Positions 38,441-49,143 of a DNA stretch of 64,000 nt are shown in pieces. Origin of the DNA: Planctomycetota bacterium (GTDB lineage: Bacteria > Planctomycetota > UBA8108 > SXIK01); contig OZ244999.1 in NCBI GenBank assembly GCA_965223265.1, positions 5,280,001 through 5,344,000 on the forward strand, given 5' to 3'. Within the stretch, counting starts at the first letter, position 1. Each line of letters opens with the position of its first letter. The position numbers and the translations under genes were made by a program. The notes under the pieces were generated by a model. That model made no database searches and was not told the origin of the DNA. It was given only the letters and a program-made list of their open reading frames with translations.

Positions 38441-41131
38441 ATGGGCCTACCAACTCGTCACCGCCGGCACTTTGTCGCCCGCCTCTTCACCTTCACCGCG
38501 CTTTGGTGGCTGCAGACCGGCGCGAGCATGGCGCGCGACTTAACGTTCGAGCGCGACATCCGACCGCTTCTCAAGGTCCATTGTCTCGACTGTCACGGCG
38601 CGGGCGAATTGAGCGGCGAACTCGATCTACGCCTGCGACGCTTCATGGTTGCCGGTGGTGAGTCCGGGGCGGCCATCGTCGCCGGCGATCCACAAGCGAG
38701 CTTGATCGTCGAGCGACTGCGGCGTGGCGAGATGCCGCCGGGTGAAGTCAAAATGCCGGCTGCCGACATCGAGACGATCGAAAGCTGGATTGCCAGTGGC
38801 GCGAAAACGCTTCGACCCGAGCCCGAGTCCATCGCTCCGGGCATCGGCATCACTGCCGAAGAGCGTGAGTTTTGGTCGTTTCAGCCCATCCGGCGTCCAC
38901 CCATTCCCGACGTGGATGATGCCAGTCGAGTGCGCACCCCGATCGACGCGTTTCTCCTCCACCGCATGGCACCTCTCGGTCTCTCGTTCGCCCCCGACGC
39001 CGACCGCTTGACGCTGATTCGACGCGCGTATCTGGATTTACTGGGCCTGCCACCGCCCCGCGAGTCGGTCGAAACCTTTCTTGGCGACCGAGCGCCTGGC
39101 GCCTGGGAACGACTCGTCGATCGGCTGCTGCAGTCGCCGCATTATGGCGAGCGCTGGGCTCGACACTGGCTCGACGTTGCCGGCTACGCCGACTCCGAAG
39201 GCGACGCGCACAACGACACCGTCCGCGCCTTCGCGTACAAATACCGCGACTACGTTATCCGCGCCTTCAACGCCGACAAGCCGTTCGACCGCTTCCTCCA
39301 AGAACAGCTCGCGGGCGACGAGTTGGTCACGCCGCCGTACAAAGATCTTTCGGCACAGTCTCTGGAGCTGCTGACCGCGACAGGGTTTCTGCGCATGGCC
39401 GCCGACCCTACCGCGAGCGGCGGTGGCGATGCGGAGAAAAACCAGGTCGTGGCCGACACTCTGAAAATCGTCTCGACGTCGGTTCTCGGGCTCTCTGTCG
39501 GTTGCGCCCAGTGCCACGACCACCGCTACGATCCGATTCCGCAGCGTGACTACTACGCGCTGCGAGCCCTGCTCGAACCAGCGCTCGATTGGAAGAGCTG
39601 GCGCCACTCGACGTGGCGGATCTCGCTCTACACCGACGAGGAGCGCGCCCAGGCCGCGGCGATCGAAGCCCAGGTCGCCAAAGTTGCTCAGGAGAGAGCG
39701 GCTAAACAAGCGGATTACATCAAGGCGGCGCTCGACAAAGAACTCACCCACTTCCCCGAGGCAGTCCGCGAACCACTTCGAGCAGCCTACTACACAGCGG
39801 CAGACAAGCGAACAGAAGAGCAGATAGGACTTCTGAACGCGTACCCGAGCTCCAAGATCACCGGCGGCAACCTGTACCAGTACAATGCTAAGGCTGCAGA
39901 GGATCTGAAGAAGTACAACGCCAAGATGAACAAGCTGCGAGAAAAGAAGCCGTTCGAGGATTTTCTCCGCGTGCTCACCGAGATTCCTGGTCAGGTGCCG
40001 AAGACGTATCTCTTTCACCGCGGCGATCACAACCAGCCAAAGCAGGAGGTGGGTCCAGGTGTGCTAACCATTGCGGCAGGCGAGACACTCCCGGACATTC
40101 CAGCAGACGCGCCGGACATGCTGACGACGGGACGACGGCTGCACTACGCACGCTGGCTGACGAGCGGCGATCACCCCCTCGTCACACGTGTTTTCGTCAA
40201 TCGCGTCTGGATGCACCACTTCGGCTACGGAATCGTGTCGACGCCCTCCGACTTTGGCAGACTCGGCACGAAACCAACGCATCCGGACCTGCTCGACTGG
40301 TTGGCACGCGAATTCGTCGCTCGAGGCTGGAGCCTCAAGGCTCTGCATCGACTCATCATGACGTCGACCGCCTACCGACAGTCGTCCAGGCGCAATCCCA
40401 ACAGCCGCGACCTTGATCCGGACGGTCGTCTTTATTCTCGAAAGCCGGTGATTCGCCTCGAGGCGGAGGTGCTCCGTGACCGCATGCTGGTGGCGACGGG
40501 AGAGTTGAACACCGAGATGTTCGGTCCCGCGCTCGCGATTCAGGATCACTTCACGGGCCAAGTGGTCGCCAGCTCGACGCGCCGCAGTCTCTACATTCAA
40601 GTTCGGCGGACGAAACCGGTCGCCATGCTCAAGGTGTTTGATGCGCCGGTCATGGAAACCAACTGTGACAGGAGGTCCTCGTCGACGGTGGCACCGCAGG
40701 CTCTCCTACTCATGAATAGCGACTTTATCCTCGAGCGCGCCCGGGCGTTTGCGCAGCGAGTTCAAGCGGACGCGGCTCCTGCCACCGAGAATCTGGCTAC
40801 GGCGACTTCGACAGCGCTTGCCGCCGGCCAGACAAACGGGTCCGACTCAGACGCCCTACGTCGACAGCTGAAGCTGGCGTGGGAACTGGCTTACTGCAGA
40901 GAAGCTACGGACGACGAACTCGACCTAGCGGCGGCGTTCGTGTCGAGGCAGCGACGGGAGCTGCGCGCGAGAGAGAGGGCACTCAGCGCCCAGGACAAAG
41001 AGAAATCAGCGACAGCCAAGTCAGGAAAGAAGAAGAAAGAAACCCAACCGCGACTCGACCCCGAGACTCAAGCACTAGCGAATCTGTGCCAAGTGCTTTT
41101 GGGCTCGAACGAGTTTCTGTACGTGGACTAG
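38441..41131 (+). CDS. Planctomycete cytochrome c plus DUF1549/DUF1553 (PSD1) protein
   Basis: CLDCH, YGERWARHWLD, CAQCHDH, RVFVNRVW, THPDLLDWLA and NEFLYVD motifs. Confidence 0.92.
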   Translation: MGLPTRHRRHFVARLFTFTALWWLQTGASMARDLTFERDIRPLLKVHCLDCHGAGELSGELDLRLRRFMVAGGESGAAIVAGDPQASLIVERLRRGEMPPGEVKMPAADIETIESWIASGAKTLRPEPESIAPGIGITAEEREFWSFQPIRRPPIPDVDDASRVRTPIDAFLLHRMAPLGLSFAPDADRLTLIRRAYLDLLGLPPPRESVETFLGDRAPGAWERLVDRLLQSPHYGERWARHWLDVAGYADSEGDAHNDTVRAFAYKYRDYVIRAFNADKPFDRFLQEQLAGDELVTPPYKDLSAQSLELLTATGFLRMAADPTASGGGDAEKNQVVADTLKIVSTSVLGLSVGCAQCHDHRYDPIPQRDYYALRALLEPALDWKSWRHSTWRISLYTDEERAQAAAIEAQVAKVAQERAAKQADYIKAALDKELTHFPEAVREPLRAAYYTAADKRTEEQIGLLNAYPSSKITGGNLYQYNAKAAEDLKKYNAKMNKLREKKPFEDFLRVLTEIPGQVPKTYLFHRGDHNQPKQEVGPGVLTIAAGETLPDIPADAPDMLTTGRRLHYARWLTSGDHPLVTRVFVNRVWMHHFGYGIVSTPSDFGRLGTKPTHPDLLDWLAREFVARGWSLKALHRLIMTSTAYRQSSRRNPNSRDLDPDGRLYSRKPVIRLEAEVLRDRMLVATGELNTEMFGPALAIQDHFTGQVVASSTRRSLYIQVRRTKPVAMLKVFDAPVMETNCDRRSSSTVAPQALLLMNSDFILERARAFAQRVQADAAPATENLATATSTALAAGQTNGSDSDALRRQLKLAWELAYCREATDDELDLAAAFVSRQRRELRARERALSAQDKEKSATAKSGKKKKETQPRLDPETQALANLCQVLLGSNEFLYVD

Positions 41132-41211
41132 CCTCAGTGCCGAAGTCGCGCCAATGCGCTAGCGAGTCCGAATGGTTACTGAGCGGAAAAAGAGAGCAGC
41201 GAGGCGACTCG

Positions 41212-42669
41212 ATGTACGAAACAGGAACACGACCGCAAACACGCCGGCATTTCTTGGCCGGAAACGCCATGGGCATCGGCAGTATCGCCCTTGCCTGGAT
41301 GCTCAGCCGCGAGGGTCTTCTCGCTAAGCAAGAGAATCTGACAAAAGCGCGTCCAAAGCTCGATCTCAAGCCGAAGCCGACCCACTTTCCACCGCAGGCG
41401 AAGGCGATGATCTCGCTCTTCATGCACGGCGGGCCGTCACACATGGATCTCATGGATCCAAAACCGCACCTTTCAAAATACAGCGGCACGCAGTACTCGG
41501 ATGAAATCGGCTATAGCTTCTTCAACGCCGCGAGCAAGACGCTTTTCGGCAGTCCGTTCGCCTTCAAGAGGCATGGCAAGTGTGACACCGAGCTCTCTGA
41601 GTTGCTGCCCCATCTCGGTGACGTGGTCGACGACATCTGCGTCATTCGTTCAATGCACACCGGGTTCAATGGCCACGAAGTCTCGATTCGCTTCATGCAC
41701 TCAGGAATCGCGGGAGTTCTTGGGCGGCCGACGCTAGGGTCATGGCTCAGCTACGGACTTGGCTCTGAGAGCCAAGATCTCCCATCGTATATGGTTCTTA
41801 CCGACCCTGGAGGGCATCCGGTCGACGGCGTCCACAACTGGGCAAACGGCTTCATGCCGCCTCTCTTTCAAGGCACGGTGCTGCGGGCTACGGAGCCACG
41901 TATCTTCAATCTCGACACCCCCGAGCACCTCCGTGGGCGCATTCAACAAGATTCGCTGTCGCTCTTGGCCGAGCTCAATCAAAGGCATCTCGCCGCGCAT
42001 CCGGGTGAAGCGGATCTAGAGGCACGCATTGCCAGCTATGAACTGGCGGCGCGGATGCAGGTGGCGGCGAAGGAGGCGCTCGATGTATCCGGCGAGTCGA
42101 CGGCGACAAAGAAGCTCTATGGCCTCGATGACGCGACCACGCGTGAGTACGGCATGCGGTGCCTGATTGCACGCCGTCTCGTGGAGCGCGGCGTGCGCTT
42201 CGTGCAGCTCTTTCTCGGTGGCCAGCCGTGGGATAACCACTCAAACATCCGCAAGAGCCTGCCGGCAATCTGCCGCCGCACCGACAAGCCGTGCGCAGCG
42301 CTCGTCAAAGACCTCAAAGCCCGCGGCCTCCTCGACACAACGCTGGTCCACTGGGGAGGGGAGATCGGACGTCTCCCAGTGATCCAAGGCAAGAACATGA
42401 AGGACTGCGGTCGCGATCACAACGGCCAGGGGTTCAGCACCTGGCTGGCTGGCGGTGGCATCCGCGGCGGCATGACGTACGGCGAGACGGACGAGTTCGG
42501 TCACCGTGCCGTCGTCGACAAGGTGACGCCGAACGACTATCAAGCGACGGTGCTTCACCTCTTCGGCTTAGATCACACGCAGCTGATCTACGAGCACAAC
42601 GGCCGCAAGCAGCGCCTGACTGCGGAGCGGCCGTGTCGCGTCGTGCGCGAGATTCTGCAGCACGGCTGA
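41212..42669 (+). CDS. DUF1501 family protein
   Basis: TRRHFL, FMHGGPSHMD, RGVRFVQ, WDNH, GEIGRLP and GRDHN motifs; usual partner of DUF1553. Confidence 0.92.
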   Translation: MYETGTRPQTRRHFLAGNAMGIGSIALAWMLSREGLLAKQENLTKARPKLDLKPKPTHFPPQAKAMISLFMHGGPSHMDLMDPKPHLSKYSGTQYSDEIGYSFFNAASKTLFGSPFAFKRHGKCDTELSELLPHLGDVVDDICVIRSMHTGFNGHEVSIRFMHSGIAGVLGRPTLGSWLSYGLGSESQDLPSYMVLTDPGGHPVDGVHNWANGFMPPLFQGTVLRATEPRIFNLDTPEHLRGRIQQDSLSLLAELNQRHLAAHPGEADLEARIASYELAARMQVAAKEALDVSGESTATKKLYGLDDATTREYGMRCLIARRLVERGVRFVQLFLGGQPWDNHSNIRKSLPAICRRTDKPCAALVKDLKARGLLDTTLVHWGGEIGRLPVIQGKNMKDCGRDHNGQGFSTWLAGGGIRGGMTYGETDEFGHRAVVDKVTPNDYQATVLHLFGLDHTQLIYEHNGRKQRLTAERPCRVVREILQHG

Positions 42670-42733
42670 CTTCCACCGCCTCACCGATCGGCGGAGAGCG
42701 CAGCTGCGTCTCGCCGACCGCGTAGCGTCCCGG

Positions 42734-44569
42734 TTAGTGCGCCAACATCTCCGCGGAGACTTTCTGTTTTGGCATGCCAGGCCCTTCGATCTGCACCTCG
42801 AGCGCCTTGGCGGCGCCGGCCTGGAAGTACTCGAGGCGGAAGCGATGAAAACCCGCCTCAAGCGCGATCTGGCCGGACCGCACGCGCGCGGGGTGTGGGC
42901 TGTCGTTATCAACGACGACCTCGTCGCCGATGAAAAGCACGCTCCCATCGTTCGAAACAGTGTGAAAGGTGTAGACGCCGCGGCGCGGAACTCTCAAATA
43001 GCCGTCGAAGATCATGCCGAACTGATTCGGCAGCTGGCTGTCAGGAAGCGCCAGCGATTCGGCCACACCTTCTTGGTCTGCCTTCCGGCCTCTGAGGGCC
43101 TTCGTCGTCTCCAGCGACTCCGCGAGGCGGAAGAACTGGTACGCCGCACCGGGCTCGAACTCGCCGGCCGCGACAGCGCTTCGGGGCGTCTCTCGAACAA
43201 ACTTCCCTTCCAAAACGGGTGTGATGCTTTTGCCCTGCGCGAAACCTCGAGCTTTCACCGTGGCATTCCCGCGGATTTTGAACGGGCCGCTGTAAAGCTT
43301 GGACACAGGTGTAGGATCGGTGCCATCGATCGTGTAACGGATCTCCTCGACGTTCATCTCACCTTGGATGTTCACCTCTCGTTCGTCGAGGAACACGTTG
43401 TGCTTCGAGAACCCCTTCAGGGAAAACTCATCGATGATCACCAAGCTCTCTTTGGCGGGGAGCGGAGGAAAAGGGTTGTGGGGCTCAAGCTGATACCAAT
43501 AGGCGACCGAGGCGAGATCGTCCTGGAGCGGCAGGTAACGGCCTTCGCTCTGCCAGCCCAGACTCTGAATGGTGATGCGAAGATCTTTCTCGAAGCGGAC
43601 GGGGTCAGTGATGTGCCAGCGATATTGACCAAAGCGGCGCTGCACACCCGCGTAGCGGACGTGGTAGAAGCCCGTGTAGGGGCTGCTGAAACTATCGTAT
43701 TCTTCACGATCCCCTTCGAGCCGCTCGTTGTAGCCATAGGAGCCGCAGAAATAGTCCTCTTCGCCGGTGCCGCAGATGGTGGGAAACTGCGTGTCGCCGT
43801 CGATGTAGAACTTGATCTCACCCTCGCCCCACCACCCCTCGCTGTTGGCTCCATGCGCCAGATACGTCCCCACGTAGTGACCGCGGCCTCGAATGCCGTC
43901 GACAATGGTGAAGACGTCCTTGTAAGGCAGCGGATTCACGCGGCGAAACTGCGCATGGAAGTAGGGAGTCTTCTCCGTGACGTGCTCGAGCGAGTAGTCG
44001 ATCTGGTAATAGAGCGTCGCACGGCTCGCCCCCATGTTCTCGAGGGTGATCCGAAAGCCCTTGCGAAAGGGCATCTGCCAGTAGGAATTGAATCCGCTGC
44101 GCGGATTGACGCACACAGCTAAGGATGTGATCCGCGGTTCGTTCCCCATGCCCCAGCCGGCCGCAAAGAAGTCGCCCACGGGCACCTCCACCGACGGCTC
44201 CCTTTCGTCGTCCCAATAGACGCGCAGAATCATCAAGCGGTAGTCGCCCACCGGTGTCATCCATACGTGGTTGATGACACCGGAGCCCTCGATGGCACCG
44301 AGCGTCGAGGTCGTTCCCGGCTCGATGTTGAGGTATGGGTTCACTTTCCATCCTTGGCCGAGCTCGCGAGCAGCGCGCGTCGCAGTTCCCTCTCCCAGTT
44401 CGGCCATTCCGCCCCGCCCCTTCTCGCCAGTCAGGTTTTCGGGACTGATCGAGCGCGTCTTCGCGTCCTTGAGCTTGAAGAGTTGGTCCATGCTAGGAAT
44501 CTGCGCATGCGCCATCTGTAGGGATACCCCCATAGGGACGAAAGACAGAATCAGGCTGATGCATCTCAT
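42734..44569 (-). CDS. DUF2961/GH172-like glycoside hydrolase plus CHB_HEX_C-like and PA14 domains
   Basis: SISPENLTGEKG.GG, WWGEGEIKFYIDGD, GTGEEDYF; IRYTIDGTDP; SNDGS.LFI...VVDND. Confidence 0.85.
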   Translation of the reverse strand: MRCISLILSFVPMGVSLQMAHAQIPSMDQLFKLKDAKTRSISPENLTGEKGRGGMAELGEGTATRAARELGQGWKVNPYLNIEPGTTSTLGAIEGSGVINHVWMTPVGDYRLMILRVYWDDEREPSVEVPVGDFFAAGWGMGNEPRITSLAVCVNPRSGFNSYWQMPFRKGFRITLENMGASRATLYYQIDYSLEHVTEKTPYFHAQFRRVNPLPYKDVFTIVDGIRGRGHYVGTYLAHGANSEGWWGEGEIKFYIDGDTQFPTICGTGEEDYFCGSYGYNERLEGDREEYDSFSSPYTGFYHVRYAGVQRRFGQYRWHITDPVRFEKDLRITIQSLGWQSEGRYLPLQDDLASVAYWYQLEPHNPFPPLPAKESLVIIDEFSLKGFSKHNVFLDEREVNIQGEMNVEEIRYTIDGTDPTPVSKLYSGPFKIRGNATVKARGFAQGKSITPVLEGKFVRETPRSAVAAGEFEPGAAYQFFRLAESLETTKALRGRKADQEGVAESLALPDSQLPNQFGMIFDGYLRVPRRGVYTFHTVSNDGSVLFIGDEVVVDNDSPHPARVRSGQIALEAGFHRFRLEYFQAGAAKALEVQIEGPGMPKQKVSAEMLAH

Positions 44570-44856
44570 GTTATTCGCCTTTCTTGTCGAGTCTGTTGAA
44601 GCAGAACTCCTGCAGCCGCTGCAGAACTGCTCGAGATCATCGCGGTGGGAAACTCGTCGCTCGACCGTGTTCGATTGAGCGTGCTCGCTCAGTGTCCGGC
44701 GTTGCGACAGGGCTTCGAACGATATGCAATCCCACGAACTCAGCACCGCCAAGGACAAGCATGTTCATGCGTCGAGTCCGTAGACCGACCACGATGCTCT
44801 TCGTCCACACCGACAAACATCTCTACCGCGCCCGACTCTGCAATCTTCGGTTTTCG

Positions 44857-46983
44857 TCATCTTTCTGCTGAAACTCGATAAATCAAACGGCAAGCGTCGC
44901 CACGGGTGATCGACTGCTCTAGTGGTATGTTCCACTCGACCGCGAGCCGCAGAATCGTGTTCTCGTCTCCCGGTAGCGCGTGACCCAGACGCCGGGCAAA
45001 GTCGCGCGCAGTGACAGGTGGCCCACCTTCTTGTTCGGCGGACCAGATCTTCCGAGCAGCCTCGGTCGCGTCTCGCGTCTCACCTCGAGCTAGCCGTTCG
45101 GCGTGCTCGATCCAGGCTGACGCTAGGTGTTCTGTTAACAGAGCGCACGGCTGGGCATCGTAGCTACCAAAGAAACCCTGTGTCCCGAGATATTGGATCG
45201 CCGGAAACCAGTCTGCGTCCTCTTGGCCTTCCACGTCGTTGAAAAAGGAGAGCATGAAACGGCGTTCGGCGAGCAAACGGACGAGCGCGTCGATGTCGAT
45301 CTCCGCCACCGTTGAACCGTCCCGCTTCGCTATCGCCAGCGCGTACGCCGCCGCTTCCGCGAGACTCATCCATGTCGGCTCGAGGCGAATGGTTCCCCAG
45401 CCGACATGTGTGGAGGAGAGGCAGACCGGCACAACGAAATTTTTGAAACCCTCGGGGAGGATCGTGAGGTAGGAGACCTGCCCTGGAAACGTCTGGTTCT
45501 TCAGCATCACCTTTCCTTCCATCTCACTCCCCGGGACCTCGCGCGGAGTGCAGGCATGGGAGTCGAGAAACCATTCGGTGATACTGATGCTATCGGGATG
45601 AACCGGCGCGCGCGCCAGATCGGGGGCGAGCTGCGCGTCATGCTCTGTAAACACCGCGCGACCGCGAATGCGGCGCGTCTCGCGCGCGTAAATCTCGTAC
45701 GGCATGTATCCGTTGTCCGGAAACTCATCTTTGGGTAAACCAAATCGCTTCCACTCCTCGCGAATCGCTGCGGGAACTGAAGGATCGTGCTGGAGAAAGT
45801 AGAGGAGTGCGAGTGTGGCTTCGCGGTGTCGCTCGGTCACCGCGCGGCGTGCATCCCAGTCTCCCTCGACATAAGGATCCTGCTGGCCGACGAGCTTCGG
45901 CCCATTCAGTCCGAACTTCTGGTTCGGCATGCTCAGTCCAGGATGGGCTGGATTCCCGACTCCAAACTGCCGGAGCAACTCGGGATCGTAACTCTTTGGC
46001 TTCTCGATCGCGACGCGGTTGATGGGGTCGCGGGTGATGATTGTCCGCAGGTTGAACCCTTGTACCGATGGGTTCGCCTCCCCAGTGCTGGCGCTCGCGA
46101 TCACCTCGTACCACTCGTCATAGCGAAATAGGTTCAGCCCCCGCGCAGCCGCCCATTTTTGCGCATCGACGTCGGCAGGGGGCCAGTTCTCGCGGCGCAT
46201 ATAAATCACACCGGCATGCTTTTCGTCGAATTCGTCGCGGGCTTCGCGGCCGACGCGATACGGGGCTCCTGCGACCGCTGCGAGGTCTGCTTCGTACGAG
46301 CAGTCCGCAAACGTCTCGGCCTCGAGAGTCAGCGTCCCCGCTCCATCCATCTCCTGAAACGTGACCGAACGGAGTCGCTCAGCTTCTCGGGTCACCGCGA
46401 CCGGATAATAACGTTTGATCACCGAGATTCGAGGCTCGGCGTCCAGGAGCTCATCGATCAGACCCTCGACAACGTGTGCCTCGTAGCGGGTCTTGGGATG
46501 ACCGGGCTGCGTAGCTCGGTAGTGAGGCGAGTCCTCGCCATATTCCTCGAAGTAGTGAGCGTAGATCTTCTGTCGCAGTTCGTCGTAGAGCGGGGCGCGA
46601 CCGCCATTGTAGAGCGTGTCCATGGTACTGAGGCCGTTCGCCAGCATCCCACCGAGATGTTCGGCGTGGCTGACGAGCTGGACGCGAAGACCCTCGCGAG
46701 CAGCGCGAACGGCACAAGCGACACCGCCGGGCGTGGCGCCGTAAACCAACAAGTCGTACCGTTGTGGGGTGTTGCTCGCAGCGCCCCGGGAATCGATGCC
46801 TTCTCCGGCCCAAGTCGAGCACGAGCTCAGACTCATCGCCGAGAGCAGCAGCCCACACACTGCCGCGCGCAGCGCGCCGCGAGCGCACCGATCACTGGCA
46901 CTCTCCATGCAACCGATTGTCGGCGATCTTCGAAGCGGGATCAACGCCCCGAACGTGGCGATCCCGCCAACTGAAGCTCTCAT
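44857..46983 (-). CDS. FAD-dependent oxidoreductase (exported); start uncertain
   Basis: LVYGATPGGVACAVRAAREG, DCSYEADLAA.AG..YRVGRE, RETRR and IRLEP motifs. Confidence 0.85.
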   Translation of the reverse strand: MRASVGGIATFGALIPLRRSPTIGCMESASDRCARGALRAAVCGLLLSAMSLSSCSTWAGEGIDSRGAASNTPQRYDLLVYGATPGGVACAVRAAREGLRVQLVSHAEHLGGMLANGLSTMDTLYNGGRAPLYDELRQKIYAHYFEEYGEDSPHYRATQPGHPKTRYEAHVVEGLIDELLDAEPRISVIKRYYPVAVTREAERLRSVTFQEMDGAGTLTLEAETFADCSYEADLAAVAGAPYRVGREARDEFDEKHAGVIYMRRENWPPADVDAQKWAAARGLNLFRYDEWYEVIASASTGEANPSVQGFNLRTIITRDPINRVAIEKPKSYDPELLRQFGVGNPAHPGLSMPNQKFGLNGPKLVGQQDPYVEGDWDARRAVTERHREATLALLYFLQHDPSVPAAIREEWKRFGLPKDEFPDNGYMPYEIYARETRRIRGRAVFTEHDAQLAPDLARAPVHPDSISITEWFLDSHACTPREVPGSEMEGKVMLKNQTFPGQVSYLTILPEGFKNFVVPVCLSSTHVGWGTIRLEPTWMSLAEAAAYALAIAKRDGSTVAEIDIDALVRLLAERRFMLSFFNDVEGQEDADWFPAIQYLGTQGFFGSYDAQPCALLTEHLASAWIEHAERLARGETRDATEAARKIWSAEQEGGPPVTARDFARRLGHALPGDENTILRLAVEWNIPLEQSITRGDACRLIYRVSAER

Positions 46984-47017
46984 TCAAACCCAAGCTCTGT
47001 CCCCGACCGCGATGCGC

Positions 47018-49072
47018 TCAGCGCGCCAGCATGGCCGCTCGGTCGCCGAGCTCGGAGAGAACCTCGAACGGGGGCTCGAAGGCTTTTGCGTGGAACTCGC
47101 GCGAGGTGAAGAAGTTGAATAAGTAGATGCCGTCAGCTCCATCGCGCCATAAATGCTCGGCGGCGCGGCGGTACTTCTCTGCCGTGAGCCAAGTTTCGAT
47201 CTTGCCGTTCTCGGTGCATTCGATGCCGCCGTAGATCGGCACATCCGTCAGCAGATTTTTCCACGGAGCGATCGGCAAGTCGTAGCGCTGCAGGAAAAAC
47301 TCACTCACCGTCAGAAAGTCGACCCAGCCATTCTTCGCCCAGGCAACCGGGTCGCAGCCGATGCGCAGTGCCGCGTCGTAGGAGGGCGGCGACTTGCCGA
47401 ACTCCGAGGGAACGCGCGCCGCGAGCACCAACTGACGCTGGCGCTTGGCGCCTTCTTCGTCGAGCAGTCCCCGAACGCGTTCGACCAGGGCGTTGAGCTT
47501 GGCGACACGTTCTTCGCTGCTGCCACGACTGAAAAAAGCGGGGAAGCGCTGAAAGTCGAGTTCGATGCCGTCGCAGTCGTAACGGCACACGGCCTCGGTG
47601 ATCAACTGGAAGACGTGTTCGCGCACTGCAGCATGAGAAAAGTCGAGGGCACCCCTCCCCAGGCGATAGCCTGGATGCTCGTACCAAAACCGGGTTCGCA
47701 AGAAGTCGTTGCCATGGTCGTCATTCATGCGAAACGTCAGCAGCGCCTCCATGCCATACTTCTTCGCTTCGGCGAGGATGATGGCGTACGGGTCGACACC
47801 CGCGGCGAAGAATGCGCTCATGTTCTTGTAGCGCTGCCGCTCGTGTGCGGGCCACGCGTCGCGTTCGGCATCCGTCGACTGCGTCCCACGGAGCGTTCCG
47901 ACGCTCGTCGGATAGTACATCACCTGCGCGTTGATGCAGACGAGCATGGTGTCGACGTGGCTGTCGGTCGAAGAGATCTCGTGGACGACGCGTTTGAGAT
48001 CGTCGACGGAAACCGCCACCGGTTCCTTCGCGCCAGCTCGCGTCCACATGCAGGAATCCCCGTCGAGATTGTAGAGGATGCGCCTCTCCTTGAGCGGTGT
48101 GAATCGAATCTTTGCCAAGTAAATGCTCGTCTTCCCTTCGTGCGACGAGTAGTAGCTCATCCACAGAAGACCGTCGTGCCAGACGAGCCCCGGATAGCTG
48201 GTGTCGCCGCCGCTCGGAAGCGTCAACAATGGCGTGTATCGGTTCGGTGCCATTCGCGCCAACACGGTGGTGGCGCCGGAGTCACCGTAACGGCGCGCCG
48301 AAGCCCAAAGGCTGCCGTCAGGAAGGCGAATGAAGTTTGGCCCGCCGAGGCGCAGCTTCATCTTGTGGAAGGACCAATCGCTATAGGGAGGACGGCTGCG
48401 GCCAATCCACCCTGGGCGAATGAGCGCGATCGCCTCGTCGTCGGGCATGAAACGAATCGTCGTCTCGCTGACGCCGTCGATCTTCCACTCGTCGAGCCAC
48501 TGCCAATCGATCCCGTCGGCGGACGCGTAGAGGAAACCACGCCGCGGGTCGCGCCCCTCCGCCATCTTGGAAAGCGAATACGCGCGTCCCTTGTGCCATG
48601 TCGCGCGCCAAAGCCAATGATCCTCAGCCAAGAGCTTTCGGGGCGGCGTCCAGTTCCGACCGTCGGCGGAAAAGGCGACGCGCGGAGCGCGCGTCAGATA
48701 CTCTGTGCCCTGATAGACGCTGCCACCCGCGAGTAGCATCAACCGTCCGTCAGGCATGACCGAGAGCTTAGGGTCGCGAAGGTCGATCCCGTCTTCGTCG
48801 AGGAGTGCAGCGGACTCCCACGTTTCGCCGTCGACTGATCGGATGACGCGCACCTTACCGATGGTGCCCCCGCCATGCCCACCCGCCTCACGAAACGTGC
48901 ACCACCACTGCTCCTTGAAGCGAATCAGGTCGGTAAAGGCGTTGTGCTCGCCAGCGTCCCAAATGCGTCGCACCGACACGAGCTGCGGCGCGTTGGCCCA
49001 CGCGGCCCCGAACGACAACAGAGGGGCCAGTGCCGCGCACAAGACACCGAACGCCGTTCGCGTGAAGTACAT
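47018..49072 (-). CDS. Secreted sialidase-like propeller fused to a GH10-like (GHL10) TIM barrel
   Basis: IWDAGEHNAFTDLIRF, SVDGETW, SGGDTSYPG; then YNLDG, RMNDDH, YDCDGIELDF, DGIYLFNF. Confidence 0.78.
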   Translation of the reverse strand: MYFTRTAFGVLCAALAPLLSFGAAWANAPQLVSVRRIWDAGEHNAFTDLIRFKEQWWCTFREAGGHGGGTIGKVRVIRSVDGETWESAALLDEDGIDLRDPKLSVMPDGRLMLLAGGSVYQGTEYLTRAPRVAFSADGRNWTPPRKLLAEDHWLWRATWHKGRAYSLSKMAEGRDPRRGFLYASADGIDWQWLDEWKIDGVSETTIRFMPDDEAIALIRPGWIGRSRPPYSDWSFHKMKLRLGGPNFIRLPDGSLWASARRYGDSGATTVLARMAPNRYTPLLTLPSGGDTSYPGLVWHDGLLWMSYYSSHEGKTSIYLAKIRFTPLKERRILYNLDGDSCMWTRAGAKEPVAVSVDDLKRVVHEISSTDSHVDTMLVCINAQVMYYPTSVGTLRGTQSTDAERDAWPAHERQRYKNMSAFFAAGVDPYAIILAEAKKYGMEALLTFRMNDDHGNDFLRTRFWYEHPGYRLGRGALDFSHAAVREHVFQLITEAVCRYDCDGIELDFQRFPAFFSRGSSEERVAKLNALVERVRGLLDEEGAKRQRQLVLAARVPSEFGKSPPSYDAALRIGCDPVAWAKNGWVDFLTVSEFFLQRYDLPIAPWKNLLTDVPIYGGIECTENGKIETWLTAEKYRRAAEHLWRDGADGIYLFNFFTSREFHAKAFEPPFEVLSELGDRAAMLAR

Positions 49073-49143
49073 GTTCTTCCCCGCGGCGAATTGAGAAAGT
49101 AGGACGCGGAACTCGAAGTGGATCGACGGCCGCCGCGCGCCGG

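Noticed and set aside
28033-48736. Long antisense ORFs (e.g. 28033-29658, 42737-44122, 47153-48736; likewise 22446-23756)
   Set aside because: They are shadow frames of well-supported genes in high-GC DNA and carry no motifs.
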